From assembly GCF_000014265.1 (NCBI RefSeq), contig NC_008312.1:6420001-6452000 (forward strand): 32,000 bases of DNA, given 5' to 3'. A model generated the notes under the pieces. The model searched no databases and had not been told where the DNA came from. It saw only the letters and a program-made list of their open reading frames with translations. A program made the position numbers and the translations under genes. Source of the DNA: Trichodesmium erythraeum IMS101 (lineage in GTDB: Bacteria; Cyanobacteriota; Cyanobacteriia; Cyanobacteriales; Microcoleaceae). Each line of letters starts with the position of its first letter. Within the stretch, counting starts at the first letter, position 1. Below are positions 8,236 to 18,493 of the stretch, piece after piece.

Positions 8236-9699
8236 TTAACTGCAAAACTTTAACTGAGTAAAAAGCAAAACAATTTCATCAATAGCATTTCTTAAATATT
8301 TAGTTTCTAAATCAGATTGATTAACAATAACACTAAAAACTAAAGGTTCAAAATTAATAGGTTGCACATATCCTGCCAAACCAGAAACCCCACTAATTGT
8401 TCCTGTTTTTGCTTGTATATTTCCGGTAGCAAAACTATTTATAAAACGCCGACTTAATGTACCACTGACACCAGCAATAGGTAAAGAATTTCTATAAGCA
8501 TTAGCCCAGGGAGAATTAGCCATAATTCTGAGAGTTTGTACCAAAGCCTCCGGACTAACTAAATTATGACGAGACAAACCAGAACCATCATTTAATCTAA
8601 AACTATTGGGAGTAACTCCTAACCTAGTCAAAATTACTTTTACCTCCTCCAAACTTTTTGCCAAAGTCTGATAGTCAGATTTTTTATTAGGAACTAATTT
8701 ACTCCTAACCCCTAGTTGACGTAATAAAGCTTCTGCATAAACATTATTACTTTTTTTATTTACTTCCTCTATTAGTTCTCCCACCGTAGGAGACTCGACA
8801 AAAGCTAATTCAGTCAAGTTTAAATTAGAAGTTATTTGTGAACTTTTAACTATTCGAGAAACACTAATTCCTTCTAACTCTAAAACCCGACGAAAATTAT
8901 TTAAAAAATTATCGGCTGGTTCCACAACTGCCACATAAACAGGTTCCGATGCCGAGCCAATTCGGAGTTGCCCAGATATACGAATTATTGGTTGAATAAA
9001 ATCTCGCCCTACTTCAACAAACTCTTTTTTATTTGTCGCTACAGTCACCGAATTATTTTCAATTTGCCATTTTTTACTTTCCGCCGGATTAACAAAAGTA
9101 ACTTTTAAAGGTTGACCATTACCTTGAGGCGATAAAACTAAATCTATAGCATTTTGATTAAATATTAAACTATTAATTGGTGCCCCATAACCAGCTTGGA
9201 CATCTTCCCATTCCCAATTAGAATTAACTGCCATTCCTTGAAAATAAGTATCATCAGAAATTAGTTGATTAATATTTTCTATACCCCCCTCTTTTAGTTG
9301 TTCAGCCAAACTTTTTAATTGAGTTTCTGCTAAACTAGGATCTCCTCGTCCCACAATATATATATTACCTTTCCCATCACCATAAATAGAAGTTCTAATT
9401 CTAAAATTAGGTTTTAGTTCTTTTAATACTGCTGCAGTTGTTAATAGTTTAGCTGTAGAGGCAGGGGTAAAATAATATTCAGCATCTCGGCTATAAATTT
9501 TCCTTTTTCCAGATAAAGTTTCCACTAAAATTCCCCACCGAGAGCGATTAAATATTGGGCGATTTATTATAGAATTAATAGCATTATTTAATTCTATCGG
9601 ACAAATTTTTCTAGTCGTTTCTTGGCTAAGTGCTATTAATGAATTTATAAATATGATCAAGAAAGTAATTGTAATTTGTTTAAGGAAAATTTTTAACAT
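8236..9699 (-). CDS. dacB: D-alanyl-D-alanine carboxypeptidase/endopeptidase (PBP4, peptidase S13)
   Basis: 487-aa ORF with a signal peptide, SxxK active site (ASTAKLL), DGSGLS and the KTG box (AKTGTISGV). Length and layout fit the PBP4/DacB family. Confidence 0.88.
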   Translation of the reverse strand: MLKIFLKQITITFLIIFINSLIALSQETTRKICPIELNNAINSIINRPIFNRSRWGILVETLSGKRKIYSRDAEYYFTPASTAKLLTTAAVLKELKPNFRIRTSIYGDGKGNIYIVGRGDPSLAETQLKSLAEQLKEGGIENINQLISDDTYFQGMAVNSNWEWEDVQAGYGAPINSLIFNQNAIDLVLSPQGNGQPLKVTFVNPAESKKWQIENNSVTVATNKKEFVEVGRDFIQPIIRISGQLRIGSASEPVYVAVVEPADNFLNNFRRVLELEGISVSRIVKSSQITSNLNLTELAFVESPTVGELIEEVNKKSNNVYAEALLRQLGVRSKLVPNKKSDYQTLAKSLEEVKVILTRLGVTPNSFRLNDGSGLSRHNLVSPEALVQTLRIMANSPWANAYRNSLPIAGVSGTLSRRFINSFATGNIQAKTGTISGVSGLAGYVQPINFEPLVFSVIVNQSDLETKYLRNAIDEIVLLFTQLKFCS

Positions 9700-10969
9700 T
9701 TGCTATCTACTAAAAATAGAGTATAATACTAAGCTTTCTGAGTTTTTACTGCATTTTTTAATTTATAATTAGGGAAGTAAGGGGGAAGTAAAAATAAAAA
9801 TAAAAATAAAAATAATTAATACTAATTAGCTCATAATTATTAAAATATTGTTCGGCATAATTTAATTATTTAATAATTGAGTTTTTACCTAAGTAAATAA
9901 TTCTTTTTTTTTGCCATTTTTATAACATTTATTTCACTGGTTTTCAGACAAAATAGAGTTTTTAGACTCAGCTATTTGTATAATCTATAAATTAAGAGAA
10001 TTTATCAAACTGGTTGATAACAATAATTCTAATATATTAAGAATATTCTGGTTAAATGTAGATTTTTACTTATATTGATTTCCAGTAGAAAAAAAGCTGA
10101 TTTTCTCGTTAGGCATTTACTTATCAGAAAATTATAGCTGATTTTTTGGTTATACTTATTCTCAAATTAAACATTTTTAAACTCATAGAAAATGATGATT
10201 CAATTGCAGTTGTTAATAGTTTAGCTGTAGAGGCAGGGGTGAAATAATATTCAGCATCTCGGCTATAAATTTTCCTTTTTCCAGATAAAGTTTCCACTAA
10301 AATTCCCCACCGAGAGCGATTAAATATTGGGCGATTTATTATAGAATTAATAGCATTATTTAATTCTATCGGACAAATTTTTCTAGTCGTTTCTTGGCTA
10401 AGTGCTATTAATGAATTTATAAATATGATCAAGAAAGTAATTGTAATTTGTTTAAGGAAAATTTTTAACATTTGCTATCTACTAAAAATAGAGTATAGTA
10501 CTAAGCTTTCTGAGCTTTTACTGCATTTTTTAATTTATAATTAGAGAAGTAAGGGGGAAGTAAAAATAAAAATAAAAATAATTAATACTAATTAGCTCAT
10601 AATTATTAAAATATTGTTCGGCATAATTTAATTATTTAATGATTGAGTTTTTACCTAAGTAAATAATTCTTTTTTTTGCCCTTTTTATAACATTTATTTC
10701 ACTGGTTTTCAGACAAAATAGAGTTTTTAGACTCAGCTATTTGTATAATCTATAAATTAAGAGAATTTATAAAACTGGTTGATAACAATAATTCTAATAT
10801 ATTAAGAATATTCTGGTTAAATGTAGATTTTTACTTATATTGATTTCCAGTAGAAAAAAAGCTGATTTTCTCGTTAGGCATTTACTTATCAGAAAATTAT
10901 AGCTGATTTTTTGGTTATACTTATTCTCAAATTAAACATTTTTAAACTCATAGAAAATGATGATTCAAT
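9433..10969. repeat. Tandem segmental duplication of two units (~772 bp and ~765 bp)
   Basis: Unit A (9433..10204) and unit B (10205..10969) align end to end. Differences are about 6 substitutions, one fewer AAAATA unit, and one fewer T in a poly-T run. Each unit holds dacB codons 1 to ~89 plus ~500 bp of upstream sequence. Confidence 0.95.
10124..10471 (-). pseudogene. truncated duplicate of the dacB 5' end (115-aa chimeric ORF)
   Basis: The first ~88 residues are identical to DacB, including the signal peptide and STAK. After the duplication junction the frame reads 27 unrelated residues (IESSFSMSLKMF...). Confidence 0.85.
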
Positions 10970-11692
10970 TCTACAGAAAATAATAACAAAAATAGTCTCG
11001 TCAGTATTAGCAGTTAAAAACTATTTTCACTATACATCAATACCTACAATAGTTTGATATTGTTAGTAGGAATTAAACTATTGACTGACTTATATTTTAT
11101 ACTAAAACTCACATAATAACTATCATATTTTTTGTGTTATAGTTGCAGTTTTGATAACTAAACTATCAGGAATTAATTTATAAACTATTCGTAATGATTC
11201 AGATATTATGTAAAAGCCTATAAATATTGACGGTAACAAAATAAATATGATGTAGTAGTGATAGTGAAATGTTCCAAAAACGAGCACCCTAATTTTACAC
11301 TAATGATACTATCGGACATAATATAATTATTGCTTAAATTACTAAAACATATTCTAGTATAAAAAAGCCTAAATTTGAGTCTAGGAAACGGAGTTACTTT
11401 AACACTATAAAAATGCATTTCTCAAGGTAATTAAGAATTTATATTTGTTTTGTGTAAATCCCAATTCATCTCCTAAAATTAATCTAAATAGAAATAAAGC
11501 TTATAGTAATCATGATTGTATCTAACTCAGATAATATAATTCATCTTAGGAAGATAGTTGACAAAATCCCTAAATTATAAGCAAAAAACATTATTACAAA
11601 AAGTATAGATTTAACAGTACTATTTTGGAAGAGTATAATTTTAAAATTGCAAAACAAAAAGAAGCAATTAAGCCTTTAGAAAATAATTTAGT

Positions 11693-11709
11693 GCGGGCAT
11701 ATTGCCCGC
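11693..11709 (-). terminator. putative intrinsic terminator downstream of purB
   Basis: GC-rich hairpin GCGGGCA-TAT-TGCCCGC (7-bp stem) about 100 nt downstream of the purB stop on the minus strand. It is followed on that strand by a U-rich ACUAAAUUAUUUUC. Confidence 0.45.
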
Positions 11710-11810
11710 GTACCTGTACCTTATAACAACAGAAAGCGCTGTATGTCTCAGAAGCTGATAGCTGATAGCTGGCTGCTAAATGCTTAGGAAATATGGTCAA
11801 ACATATTACT

Positions 11811-13106
11811 TCAAATACCTAATCTTTGATAGACATCATCTAAATGTTTTAAGTGGTGTTTTGCGTCAAAACAAGCTGTAATTTCTACCTCAGATAAGTG
11901 ACTTTTAATCTGTTCATTTTGACTAATTAAATCTTGAAAATTACCATTTGGTTGATTCCATGCTTTATGAGCACAAGACTGAACAATTTTATAAGCATCT
12001 TCTCGGATCATGCCTTTTTCTACTAAAGCTAAAAGCACTCGTTGGCTAAAAATTACCCCTCCATAAACATTCATATTTCGTTTCATGTTTTCTGGGTACA
12101 CTAACAATTTCTTGACTAACTCAGTAGTTTCTTTAAGCATAAAATGAGTCAAAATACAAGCATCTGGTAAAATAACTCTTTCTACTGAACTATGAGAAAT
12201 ATCTCGTTCGTGCCAAAGGGCAACATTTTCCAAAGCAGCAACAGCATAACTGCGCACAATTCTTGCCATTCCTGTTAACCTTTCCGAACGGATAGGGTTA
12301 CGTTTGTGAGGCATGGCACTAGAACCTTTTTGACCTTGAGAAAAATATTCCTCAACCTCCAATACATCTGTGCGTTGGAGGTTTCGAATTTCCACCGCAA
12401 AACGCTCAATAGAAGCAGTTAGCAAGGCGAGGGTTTGTATATACTCAGCATGACGATCGCGAGAAATTACCTGAGTAGAAGCTGTATCCGGTTCAAGTTC
12501 CAATTTTTGACAAGCGATCGCCTCAACTCGTGGATCAATATTTGCATAAGTTCCCACTGCCCCAGAAATTTTCCCCACAGCAATATTCTGACGTAGTTGT
12601 ACTAACCTCTGACGATGACGACAAACCTCTGCCAACCATCCTGCTAATTTAAAACCAAACGTCATTGGTTCTGCATGAATACCATGGGAGCGCCCAACCA
12701 TGACAGTTTTCCGATGTTGTTGTGCTTGATAGCGAATTGCTTGTCCTAATTCTTCTATACACGACAACAACAGATCAAGACTCCCTATCATTTGTAATGC
12801 CAGGGCAGTATCCAAAACATCAGAACTTGTTAAACCCAGGTGAATATATCGTCCGACATCACCAACATATTCATTAACATTTGTTAAAAAGGCAATCATA
12901 TCATGGCGGACTTCCTCTTCAATTTCCAATACCCGCTTTAGGTCAAAATTAGCCTTGGCCTTAATTTCTGCTACGGCCTCAGCAGGTATATAACCAAGTT
13001 CTGCCTGAGCTTCACAGACAGCTATTTCCACTTGTAGCCAAGTTTTTAGCTTGGTATTATCAGTCCAAAGTTCACCCATTTCGGGTAAAGTATAACGCTC
13101 TATCAC
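11811..13106 (-). CDS. purB: adenylosuccinate lyase
   Basis: 431-aa ORF. MIERYTLPEMGELW..., the fumarate-lyase signature region GSSAMPHKRNP, and overall length match PurB. Confidence 0.95.
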   Translation of the reverse strand: MIERYTLPEMGELWTDNTKLKTWLQVEIAVCEAQAELGYIPAEAVAEIKAKANFDLKRVLEIEEEVRHDMIAFLTNVNEYVGDVGRYIHLGLTSSDVLDTALALQMIGSLDLLLSCIEELGQAIRYQAQQHRKTVMVGRSHGIHAEPMTFGFKLAGWLAEVCRHRQRLVQLRQNIAVGKISGAVGTYANIDPRVEAIACQKLELEPDTASTQVISRDRHAEYIQTLALLTASIERFAVEIRNLQRTDVLEVEEYFSQGQKGSSAMPHKRNPIRSERLTGMARIVRSYAVAALENVALWHERDISHSSVERVILPDACILTHFMLKETTELVKKLLVYPENMKRNMNVYGGVIFSQRVLLALVEKGMIREDAYKIVQSCAHKAWNQPNGNFQDLISQNEQIKSHLSEVEITACFDAKHHLKHLDDVYQRLGI

Positions 13107-13197
13107 ACTCTATCTGTAACTCAAACAACCGTTACATTGTACTACTGAGGACTAGGTATTATATCATTTTAAAAAATGATTATTACAAGGTATTAAG

Positions 13198-13232
13198 TGT
13201 TAGGTTCTAGGTTTTAGGTTTTAGGTGTTTAG
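13198..13232. repeat. STRR-like heptamer tract (TAGGTTT-type)
   Basis: gttaggttctaggttttaggttttaggtgtttag is about 4.5 imperfect tandem heptamers in the purB/NUDIX intergenic region. Confidence 0.7.
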
Positions 13233-13684
13233 TACTCCTGATTTTTGGCCACATAACCTTGTGTATTCATAAAATCTAAGAGAATTTTTTGATGAAATTC
13301 ACCAAGCGATCGCTCCATTCCAGCATTTTCAGAATAAGCTTTACCTGTTTTAATTTCAGTGGGAGTTAATAGCCCCATATCCCAACCTTCTCCCAAAACT
13401 AAATCTTTTAATTCCACAGTTAAAGGAGCATAAAATACATGACGAACAACATTCGTATCATAGTAAACACCAAACTCCCAAATCATATCAGGTTTATAAC
13501 CTATTTCTTCAACTAATTCTCGTTTTATAGCCACCTGTGGTATTTCTCCCGGTTCTATATGACCGCCAAAAAAAGCCCATTGACCAGGGTGAGCAATACC
13601 GGGAATATCGTCTCGTAATTGTAGGAGAAATTTCTCTTCTCGGTAAAGAATAGCGATCGCCACATGAGGTATATTATTATTCAT
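13229..13684 (-). CDS. NUDIX hydrolase
   Basis: 151-aa ORF carrying the Nudix box GGHIEPGEIPQVAIKRELVEEIG (Gx5Ex7REUxEExGU). Confidence 0.9.
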   Translation of the reverse strand: MNNNIPHVAIAILYREEKFLLQLRDDIPGIAHPGQWAFFGGHIEPGEIPQVAIKRELVEEIGYKPDMIWEFGVYYDTNVVRHVFYAPLTVELKDLVLGEGWDMGLLTPTEIKTGKAYSENAGMERSLGEFHQKILLDFMNTQGYVAKNQEY

Positions 13685-14147
13685 AATTCTCTTCTTCTAT
13701 TCGTTCTAACTCCTCTATATAAAAATCTCCAACATCCTTATTTCCTAATTGGGGGACCACAATACTTTGATAATGTATTTTTCCTTTAATTGTTATTTTT
13801 GCTCCTATCTTTGGTAATTCTGCTCTAGTAAGTATCCAAATACTACCTGTACTATCTGTTAACTCATAAGCACCTGTTTCTAAGAATGGAGCACGGCCCT
13901 CTACAACACCTTTTAAATAAACTTGATTATCAATTTTACCCTTTCTTTGAATTTTCCCAATCCAACTTACATTAAGATTTAATTTAATAGCTGTTTCTGT
14001 AATTTGATTACAACCAATTAGTCCACTCACCAAAAATATAATCAAAATCATTCTGAATTGAACTAAAAATTGATTTAATAAAGAAGAAGTAAACAGTAAA
14101 ACATTAGATAAAAATCTATGGGATATTAATATTTGTATGTAATTCAT
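13677..14147 (-). CDS. hypothetical lipoprotein
   Basis: Lipobox LVSGLIGC follows a hydrophobic segment. The likely true start is the internal Met at 14051 (MILIIFLVSGLIGCNQ). Its 3' end overlaps the NUDIX start by 8 nt, suggesting co-transcription. Confidence 0.55.
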   Translation of the reverse strand: MNYIQILISHRFLSNVLLFTSSLLNQFLVQFRMILIIFLVSGLIGCNQITETAIKLNLNVSWIGKIQRKGKIDNQVYLKGVVEGRAPFLETGAYELTDSTGSIWILTRAELPKIGAKITIKGKIHYQSIVVPQLGNKDVGDFYIEELERIEEENYE

Positions 14148-14527
14148 TCCTCAAACTTTTTTCCCTATTTACATACATAATAATTTTCTAATTAATTATT
14201 ACTATAGCAATTACAATTAGTAACATAACCTATGCACGCAAACCCAAAAATCTAGTTGTTTTCTTAGATGTCTATTATTAAAAACAAATATTTATCTTCA
14301 AACCGGGAGCGACCATAGGTAAGTCCTATATTTAAAAAATTACAAAATATACTTTTATATACTGATAATAATACTATTATTATTTATCTTATTAATAAGA
14401 TACAGCAGATTCCATATAAGTGAGGTCAAATATTAAAATTAAAACCTCTAGTATAGACAGGATAACTGCTAGTACTGAACTGAAATAAAATTTGCCCTTG
14501 GTTTTAAAACTCAAACATAAAATAACA

Positions 14528-15391
14528 ATGACAAATAAATTAGATGGTAAAGCATTAGCCAAAAAAATCAAAGCAGAACTCCAACAAAAAGTTCAATCTC
14601 TACAAATCAAGATTGGCCGTCCTCCTGGTTTAGCAGTATTAATGGTCGGAGATAACCCTGCCAGTGGAGTGTATGTCCGCAACAAAGAAAAAGCTTGTAC
14701 CCAAGTAGGTATTACCTCCCTGGGAAAACATTTTCCTACCCAAACTTCTCAAGCTCAACTAGGCCAAGTTATTCAAAAATTAAACCAAGATCCACAAGTA
14801 GATGGTATTCTTGTACAGTTACCCCTACCAAAACATTTAGACTCTACTTCATTACTCTATCAAATTGACCCTAGCAAAGACGTAGATGGACTCCATCCCA
14901 TGAATCTTGGACAACTGCTCCGTGGTGAAAAGGGTTTACGCAGTTGTACTCCCGCAGGAGTGATGCGTTTGCTACAAGAATATAAAATTGAATTACAAGG
15001 AAAACATGCAGTTATATTAGGGCGAAGTATTTTAGTAGGCAAACCAATGGCGTTAATGTTACTTGAGGCTAATAGTACAGTAACTATTGCTCATTCCCGG
15101 TCTAAGAACTTGGAAGCCATTACTAAAAAAGCAGATATTCTGATCACTGCGGTAGGTAGACCAAAGATGATTTCTGCTGAGATGGTCAAACCAGGAGCAG
15201 TAGTAATAGACGTAGGAATTAACCGAGTTATAGATGAAGCGGGTAATAGTCAGTTAGTAGGAGATGTTCAATTTAACTCTGTGGCACAAGTTGCAGAATA
15301 TATTACACCTGTGCCTGGTGGAATAGGCCCGATGACCGTAGCAATGTTATTACAAAATACTGTAGAACGTTGGAGTACTTTAGTGGAATAA
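14528..15391 (+). CDS. folD: bifunctional methylenetetrahydrofolate dehydrogenase / methenyltetrahydrofolate cyclohydrolase
   Basis: [10 protein letters not shown]...[24 protein letters not shown]...[10 protein letters not shown]...DVDG...TPAGV...[11 protein letters not shown]...[10 protein letters not shown] are FolD hallmarks. The ATG at 14528 is preferred over the ORF-track TTG at 14492. Confidence 0.95.
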   Translation: MTNKLDGKALAKKIKAELQQKVQSLQIKIGRPPGLAVLMVGDNPASGVYVRNKEKACTQVGITSLGKHFPTQTSQAQLGQVIQKLNQDPQVDGILVQLPLPKHLDSTSLLYQIDPSKDVDGLHPMNLGQLLRGEKGLRSCTPAGVMRLLQEYKIELQGKHAVILGRSILVGKPMALMLLEANSTVTIAHSRSKNLEAITKKADILITAVGRPKMISAEMVKPGAVVIDVGINRVIDEAGNSQLVGDVQFNSVAQVAEYITPVPGGIGPMTVAMLLQNTVERWSTLVE

Positions 15392-15651
15392 CTTAGTAAG
15401 AAATAATTGTGTTTTCCCCCATTCCCTACTCTTTCTTAATCTATGTGTAACAAAAACTAAAGTAATCAAAAACCTTTTTTATCCTACAAATTAATAATAA
15501 TATTCCCTATTACCTTCTCAAAATATTTTTTTTCTTTTTTTATTGCTACTGATTTATTCTCTTAGAATTATAGTAACGATCTTTGTAATAAATATATTGT
15601 TTCTTAGCTTATTCCCTATTCTCTATTATAGAAAACAATAGTGTATAATCT

Positions 15652-16602
15652 ATGATGCTAATGCCAAATACTGGCAATCTAATTAATCCCATGCTCCCTC
15701 AATTTCAAATAGATACAACTTTTGACCTATCTAACTATTTAGTAGAGCGAAAAGCTCTCGTTGAAAAAGCTCTTGACAATTCTATCAAAATAGTTTATCC
15801 AGAGAAAATCTATGAGGCAATGCGCTATTCTCTATTAGCAGGCGGTAAGCGCTTACGTCCAATTTTGTGTTTAGCGACCTGTGAATTATCAGGTGGAAAT
15901 ATAGAAATGGCAATGCCTACTGCCTGTGCATTGGAGATGATCCATACCATGTCCTTGATCCATGATGATTTACCCTCAATGGATAATGATGACTATCGCC
16001 GAGGCCAACTTACAAATCATAAAGTTTATGGTGAAGATATCGCAATTCTTGCAGGAGATGGTTTATTAAGTTACGCTTTTGAGTTTGTAGTCACTCAAAC
16101 TAAGAATGTACTACCAAAACAAGTTCTACAAGTTATTGCTCGGTTGGGAAAAGCTTCCGGAGCAGCAGGCTTAGTTGGAGGCCAAGTAGTGGACTTAGCT
16201 TCTGAAGGTATTTCACAGGTATCTGAAAAAACCCTACATTTTATCCATACTCATAAAACAGGAGCTCTTTTAGAAGCTAGTGTAGTCTGTGGAGCAATAC
16301 TTGCGGATGTGTCCCAAGCTAATTTATACAGACTTGAACGCTATGCTCAAAATATTGGTTTGGCTTTTCAAATAGTTGATGATATTCTCGATATTACTGC
16401 TACAACAGAAGAGCTAGGGAAAACTGCTGGAAAGGATATTGAAGCTAAAAAAGCAACCTACCCGGTCATTTGGGGATTAGAAAAATCTCGGTTTCAGGCT
16501 CAAAAACTAGTTGAAAAGGCCAAGGCAGAGTTAGAAGTTTTTGGAGACAAAGTAATGCCACTAATAGCCTTAGCAGATTTTATTATCAGCCGTAGTAACT
16601 AG
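15652..16602 (+). CDS. crtE: polyprenyl (geranylgeranyl) diphosphate synthase
   Basis: First aspartate-rich motif [17 protein letters not shown] and second motif [15 protein letters not shown] and KTAGKD are also conserved. The gene symbol is inferred from the cyanobacterial context. Confidence 0.8.
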   Translation: MMLMPNTGNLINPMLPQFQIDTTFDLSNYLVERKALVEKALDNSIKIVYPEKIYEAMRYSLLAGGKRLRPILCLATCELSGGNIEMAMPTACALEMIHTMSLIHDDLPSMDNDDYRRGQLTNHKVYGEDIAILAGDGLLSYAFEFVVTQTKNVLPKQVLQVIARLGKASGAAGLVGGQVVDLASEGISQVSEKTLHFIHTHKTGALLEASVVCGAILADVSQANLYRLERYAQNIGLAFQIVDDILDITATTEELGKTAGKDIEAKKATYPVIWGLEKSRFQAQKLVEKAKAELEVFGDKVMPLIALADFIISRSN

Positions 16603-16611
16603 GGGGATAAT

Positions 16612-17067
16612 ATGCAGAATATTGCTGAAATAATGGACAATTATGTTCTATGGGTTGCTCTCGTGGCTTGTTTGATGGCTCAATTTTTGAAGATAGTGGT
16701 AGAGTTAGTTCAACATCGCCAGATTAATTTACGAGTTTTATTCACAAGTGGAGGAATGCCTAGTGCCCATTCTGCATTTGTGGCAGCATTAGCAGTAGGA
16801 GTAGCTCAGACAAAAGGCTGGGGTTCTCCAGAGTTTGCCCTGGCTTTAGTATTTGCAATTATAGTCATGTATGATGCAGCAGGAGTTCGTCAAGCAGCAG
16901 GGTTACAAGCACGAATTCTTAATCAAATTATAGATGAATTTTTCCAAGAAGACCATCACTTGAATCAAGACCGTCTCAAAGAGTTATTAGGTCATACTCC
17001 TATGCAGGTAATAGTAGGTTTTTGTCTAGGAGTGGCTGTGTCTTGGGTGGCTAGTTTCAATTATTAA
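16612..17067 (+). CDS. divergent PAP2-family membrane protein (acid phosphatase/vanadium haloperoxidase-related, DUF212-type)
   Basis: 151-aa membrane ORF with GGMPSAHSA and GHTPMQV motifs. It starts 9 nt after the crtE stop behind a GGGGGA Shine-Dalgarno-like sequence, so it likely forms an operon with crtE. Confidence 0.75.
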   Translation: MQNIAEIMDNYVLWVALVACLMAQFLKIVVELVQHRQINLRVLFTSGGMPSAHSAFVAALAVGVAQTKGWGSPEFALALVFAIIVMYDAAGVRQAAGLQARILNQIIDEFFQEDHHLNQDRLKELLGHTPMQVIVGFCLGVAVSWVASFNY

Positions 17068-17093
17068 TTGCTGACAACAATTTTGCCGTTTTA

Positions 17094-17156
17094 GAGGTAC
17101 AAAGTTTAACGAGTTTAGGAAGATGGGAAATAGAGATTGATATTAAACTGTACCTC
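17094..17156. terminator. long imperfect inverted repeat between convergent genes (possible bidirectional terminator)
   Basis: GAGGTACAAAGTTTAA (17094..17109) pairs with TTAAACTGTACCTC (17143..17156): 14 bp with a 2-nt bulge and a ~33-nt loop. No clear U-tract. Confidence 0.3.
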
Positions 17157-17163
17157 ACTATCC

Positions 17164-17844
17164 TTAAAATTTCTGTAGTTTAATTCTAGGACTAATTAAT
17201 GTCACCTTACTACTATCTACCATAAAAGCTAAAAATCCGCGATTGCTTAACTTAACCATACTATTTGTTGCGGCTCCAACTCTATTTGTATAAGTTACTA
17301 ATAAAAAAGGTTTTTGCCCATAAGCAGCTAAACCTACGTTACGCCCTAAGCTTCTTTGTAATTTTAAAGCTACTTCTGGTTGATTATTATAATCAACTAA
17401 AACAGCAAAACCATTACCTAAAGGTTGAGGGTTATAGCCTGCTTCTGGAAGTACTGGTAAAGATTCATTACGTGATGTTTTCTCTTCCCTTGGTTTAACG
17501 ACATAAGCAGGAAATCCTAAAATGTCTTGAATGTAGCTAGCCCAATCATTAGCCACATCTTCGTCATCAAAGCCTCGGATACTACTAACTGTCTGGTCAA
17601 TGTAACTACATATATCTATTCTAATATCTTCTGGTAAACTTTGGCGAAGAATATCTTCATTTACTGTTGTCTCTGTAAGTATTACTAATAAGTATTCATT
17701 ACTAGCAGGGGATTGGCAATCATCAATTGCTTTAGCATATTTATTCTCAATTGTCAAAAATGATAAGAATAAAAAAGTTAAGGCGATCATTGTTGTTAGC
17801 TTCCCCAACCAAGATCTATTCAATTGCAGTTGAGTATTTATCAT
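17164..17844 (-). CDS. hypothetical exported protein
   Basis: 226-aa ORF with an N-terminal hydrophobic signal/anchor (LTTMIALTFLFLSFLTI). The mature part looks like two tandem alpha/beta modules, possibly SPOR-like; that is an impression only. Confidence 0.5.
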   Translation of the reverse strand: MINTQLQLNRSWLGKLTTMIALTFLFLSFLTIENKYAKAIDDCQSPASNEYLLVILTETTVNEDILRQSLPEDIRIDICSYIDQTVSSIRGFDDEDVANDWASYIQDILGFPAYVVKPREEKTSRNESLPVLPEAGYNPQPLGNGFAVLVDYNNQPEVALKLQRSLGRNVGLAAYGQKPFLLVTYTNRVGAATNSMVKLSNRGFLAFMVDSSKVTLISPRIKLQKF

Positions 17845-17869
17845 TGCGAAAGAATGGTTAATATTGACA

Positions 17870-18490
17870 CCCTCCCCAGCTGTTGGGCAGGAAGATTACT
17901 ACTAGGCTGAAGCTCTTCAGTGGGTTCAGGTTTTGTTTACTCATGAGTTCCACTAATACAGAGTAATGCACCAACCTCAACTCATCCCCTTAAGGAAGTG
18001 GGTTGAGTATTATGGTGCTGGTGATGCTTCTCTCCACGTCCATTTTTTGTCTCCCTTGAGCTTCCCTACATAAAAAGTAAAGCTCTTCGGAAAGAAATAT
18101 GTCCAAGGATTAACTAGTACATTTATTTATAAAAGCAAGCTTGAGATATTAGCTCCCATCTATATAAATAATTACTATAAAATCACAATCATATTTTTCT
18201 GCTTTTCCTTCTAGAAATCTGCCTATGGGCTGCCAACATAGCCTACTAATTTCTGGATAATTTACGGTATTTTGGTGTGAACTCTCTTGCGAATATCATC
18301 GTCCTAGAGTTGTACCACTTTTTTTATCGTACCACTTTTTCATTATTCCATGAACATTCAAATCTTCCTTTACAAATTTGGTTTTCATTAATTATATTGG
18401 TTCATAATTTATGCAAAAAGTCTTTTCTCCTATCTCTAAATTGACCATAAAATTTCGCAATTTTTAATCTGGTTTTTTCATATGGTTTAG
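17870..18490 (-). pseudogene. IS200/IS605-family TnpB (OrfB) remnant: 3' half plus right-end region
   Basis: Minus-strand translations in shifting frames read RLKIAKFYGQFRDRRKDFLHKL (tnpB core), then FLEGKAEKYDCDFIVI (the YKAE..G..v..vd block), then GRQKMDVERSITSTIILN (decayed DRDxNAAxNIL). There are multiple stops and frameshifts, and the N-terminal ~200 codons are missing. Confidence 0.6.
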
Positions 18491-18493
18491 AAC

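Noticed and set aside
9780-9815. (AAAATA)n / GGGAAGTAAGGGGGAAGTAAAA low-complexity tract, checked as a possible CRISPR or minisatellite
   Set aside because: It has only 3-4 hexamer units and no spacer-repeat architecture. It is simply a microsatellite that varies (4 vs 3 units) between the two duplication copies.
11218-11800. ORFs 11218..11418 and 11594..11800 in the AT-rich gap downstream of purB
   Set aside because: Both are short, extremely AT-rich and of odd composition (Phe/Tyr/Leu/Ser-rich), with no motifs. The second overlaps the predicted purB terminator and an AGCTGAT repeat. Judged to be chance ORFs.
17870-18060. The relatively GC-rich, hairpin-containing segment considered as a stand-alone ncRNA (6S RNA or tmRNA-like)
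   Set aside because: The 5' and 3' ends do not pair into the long closed helix expected for 6S RNA, and no tRNA-like end is present. The minus strand translates into decayed TnpB C-terminal motifs, so the end of an IS605-family element explains it better.
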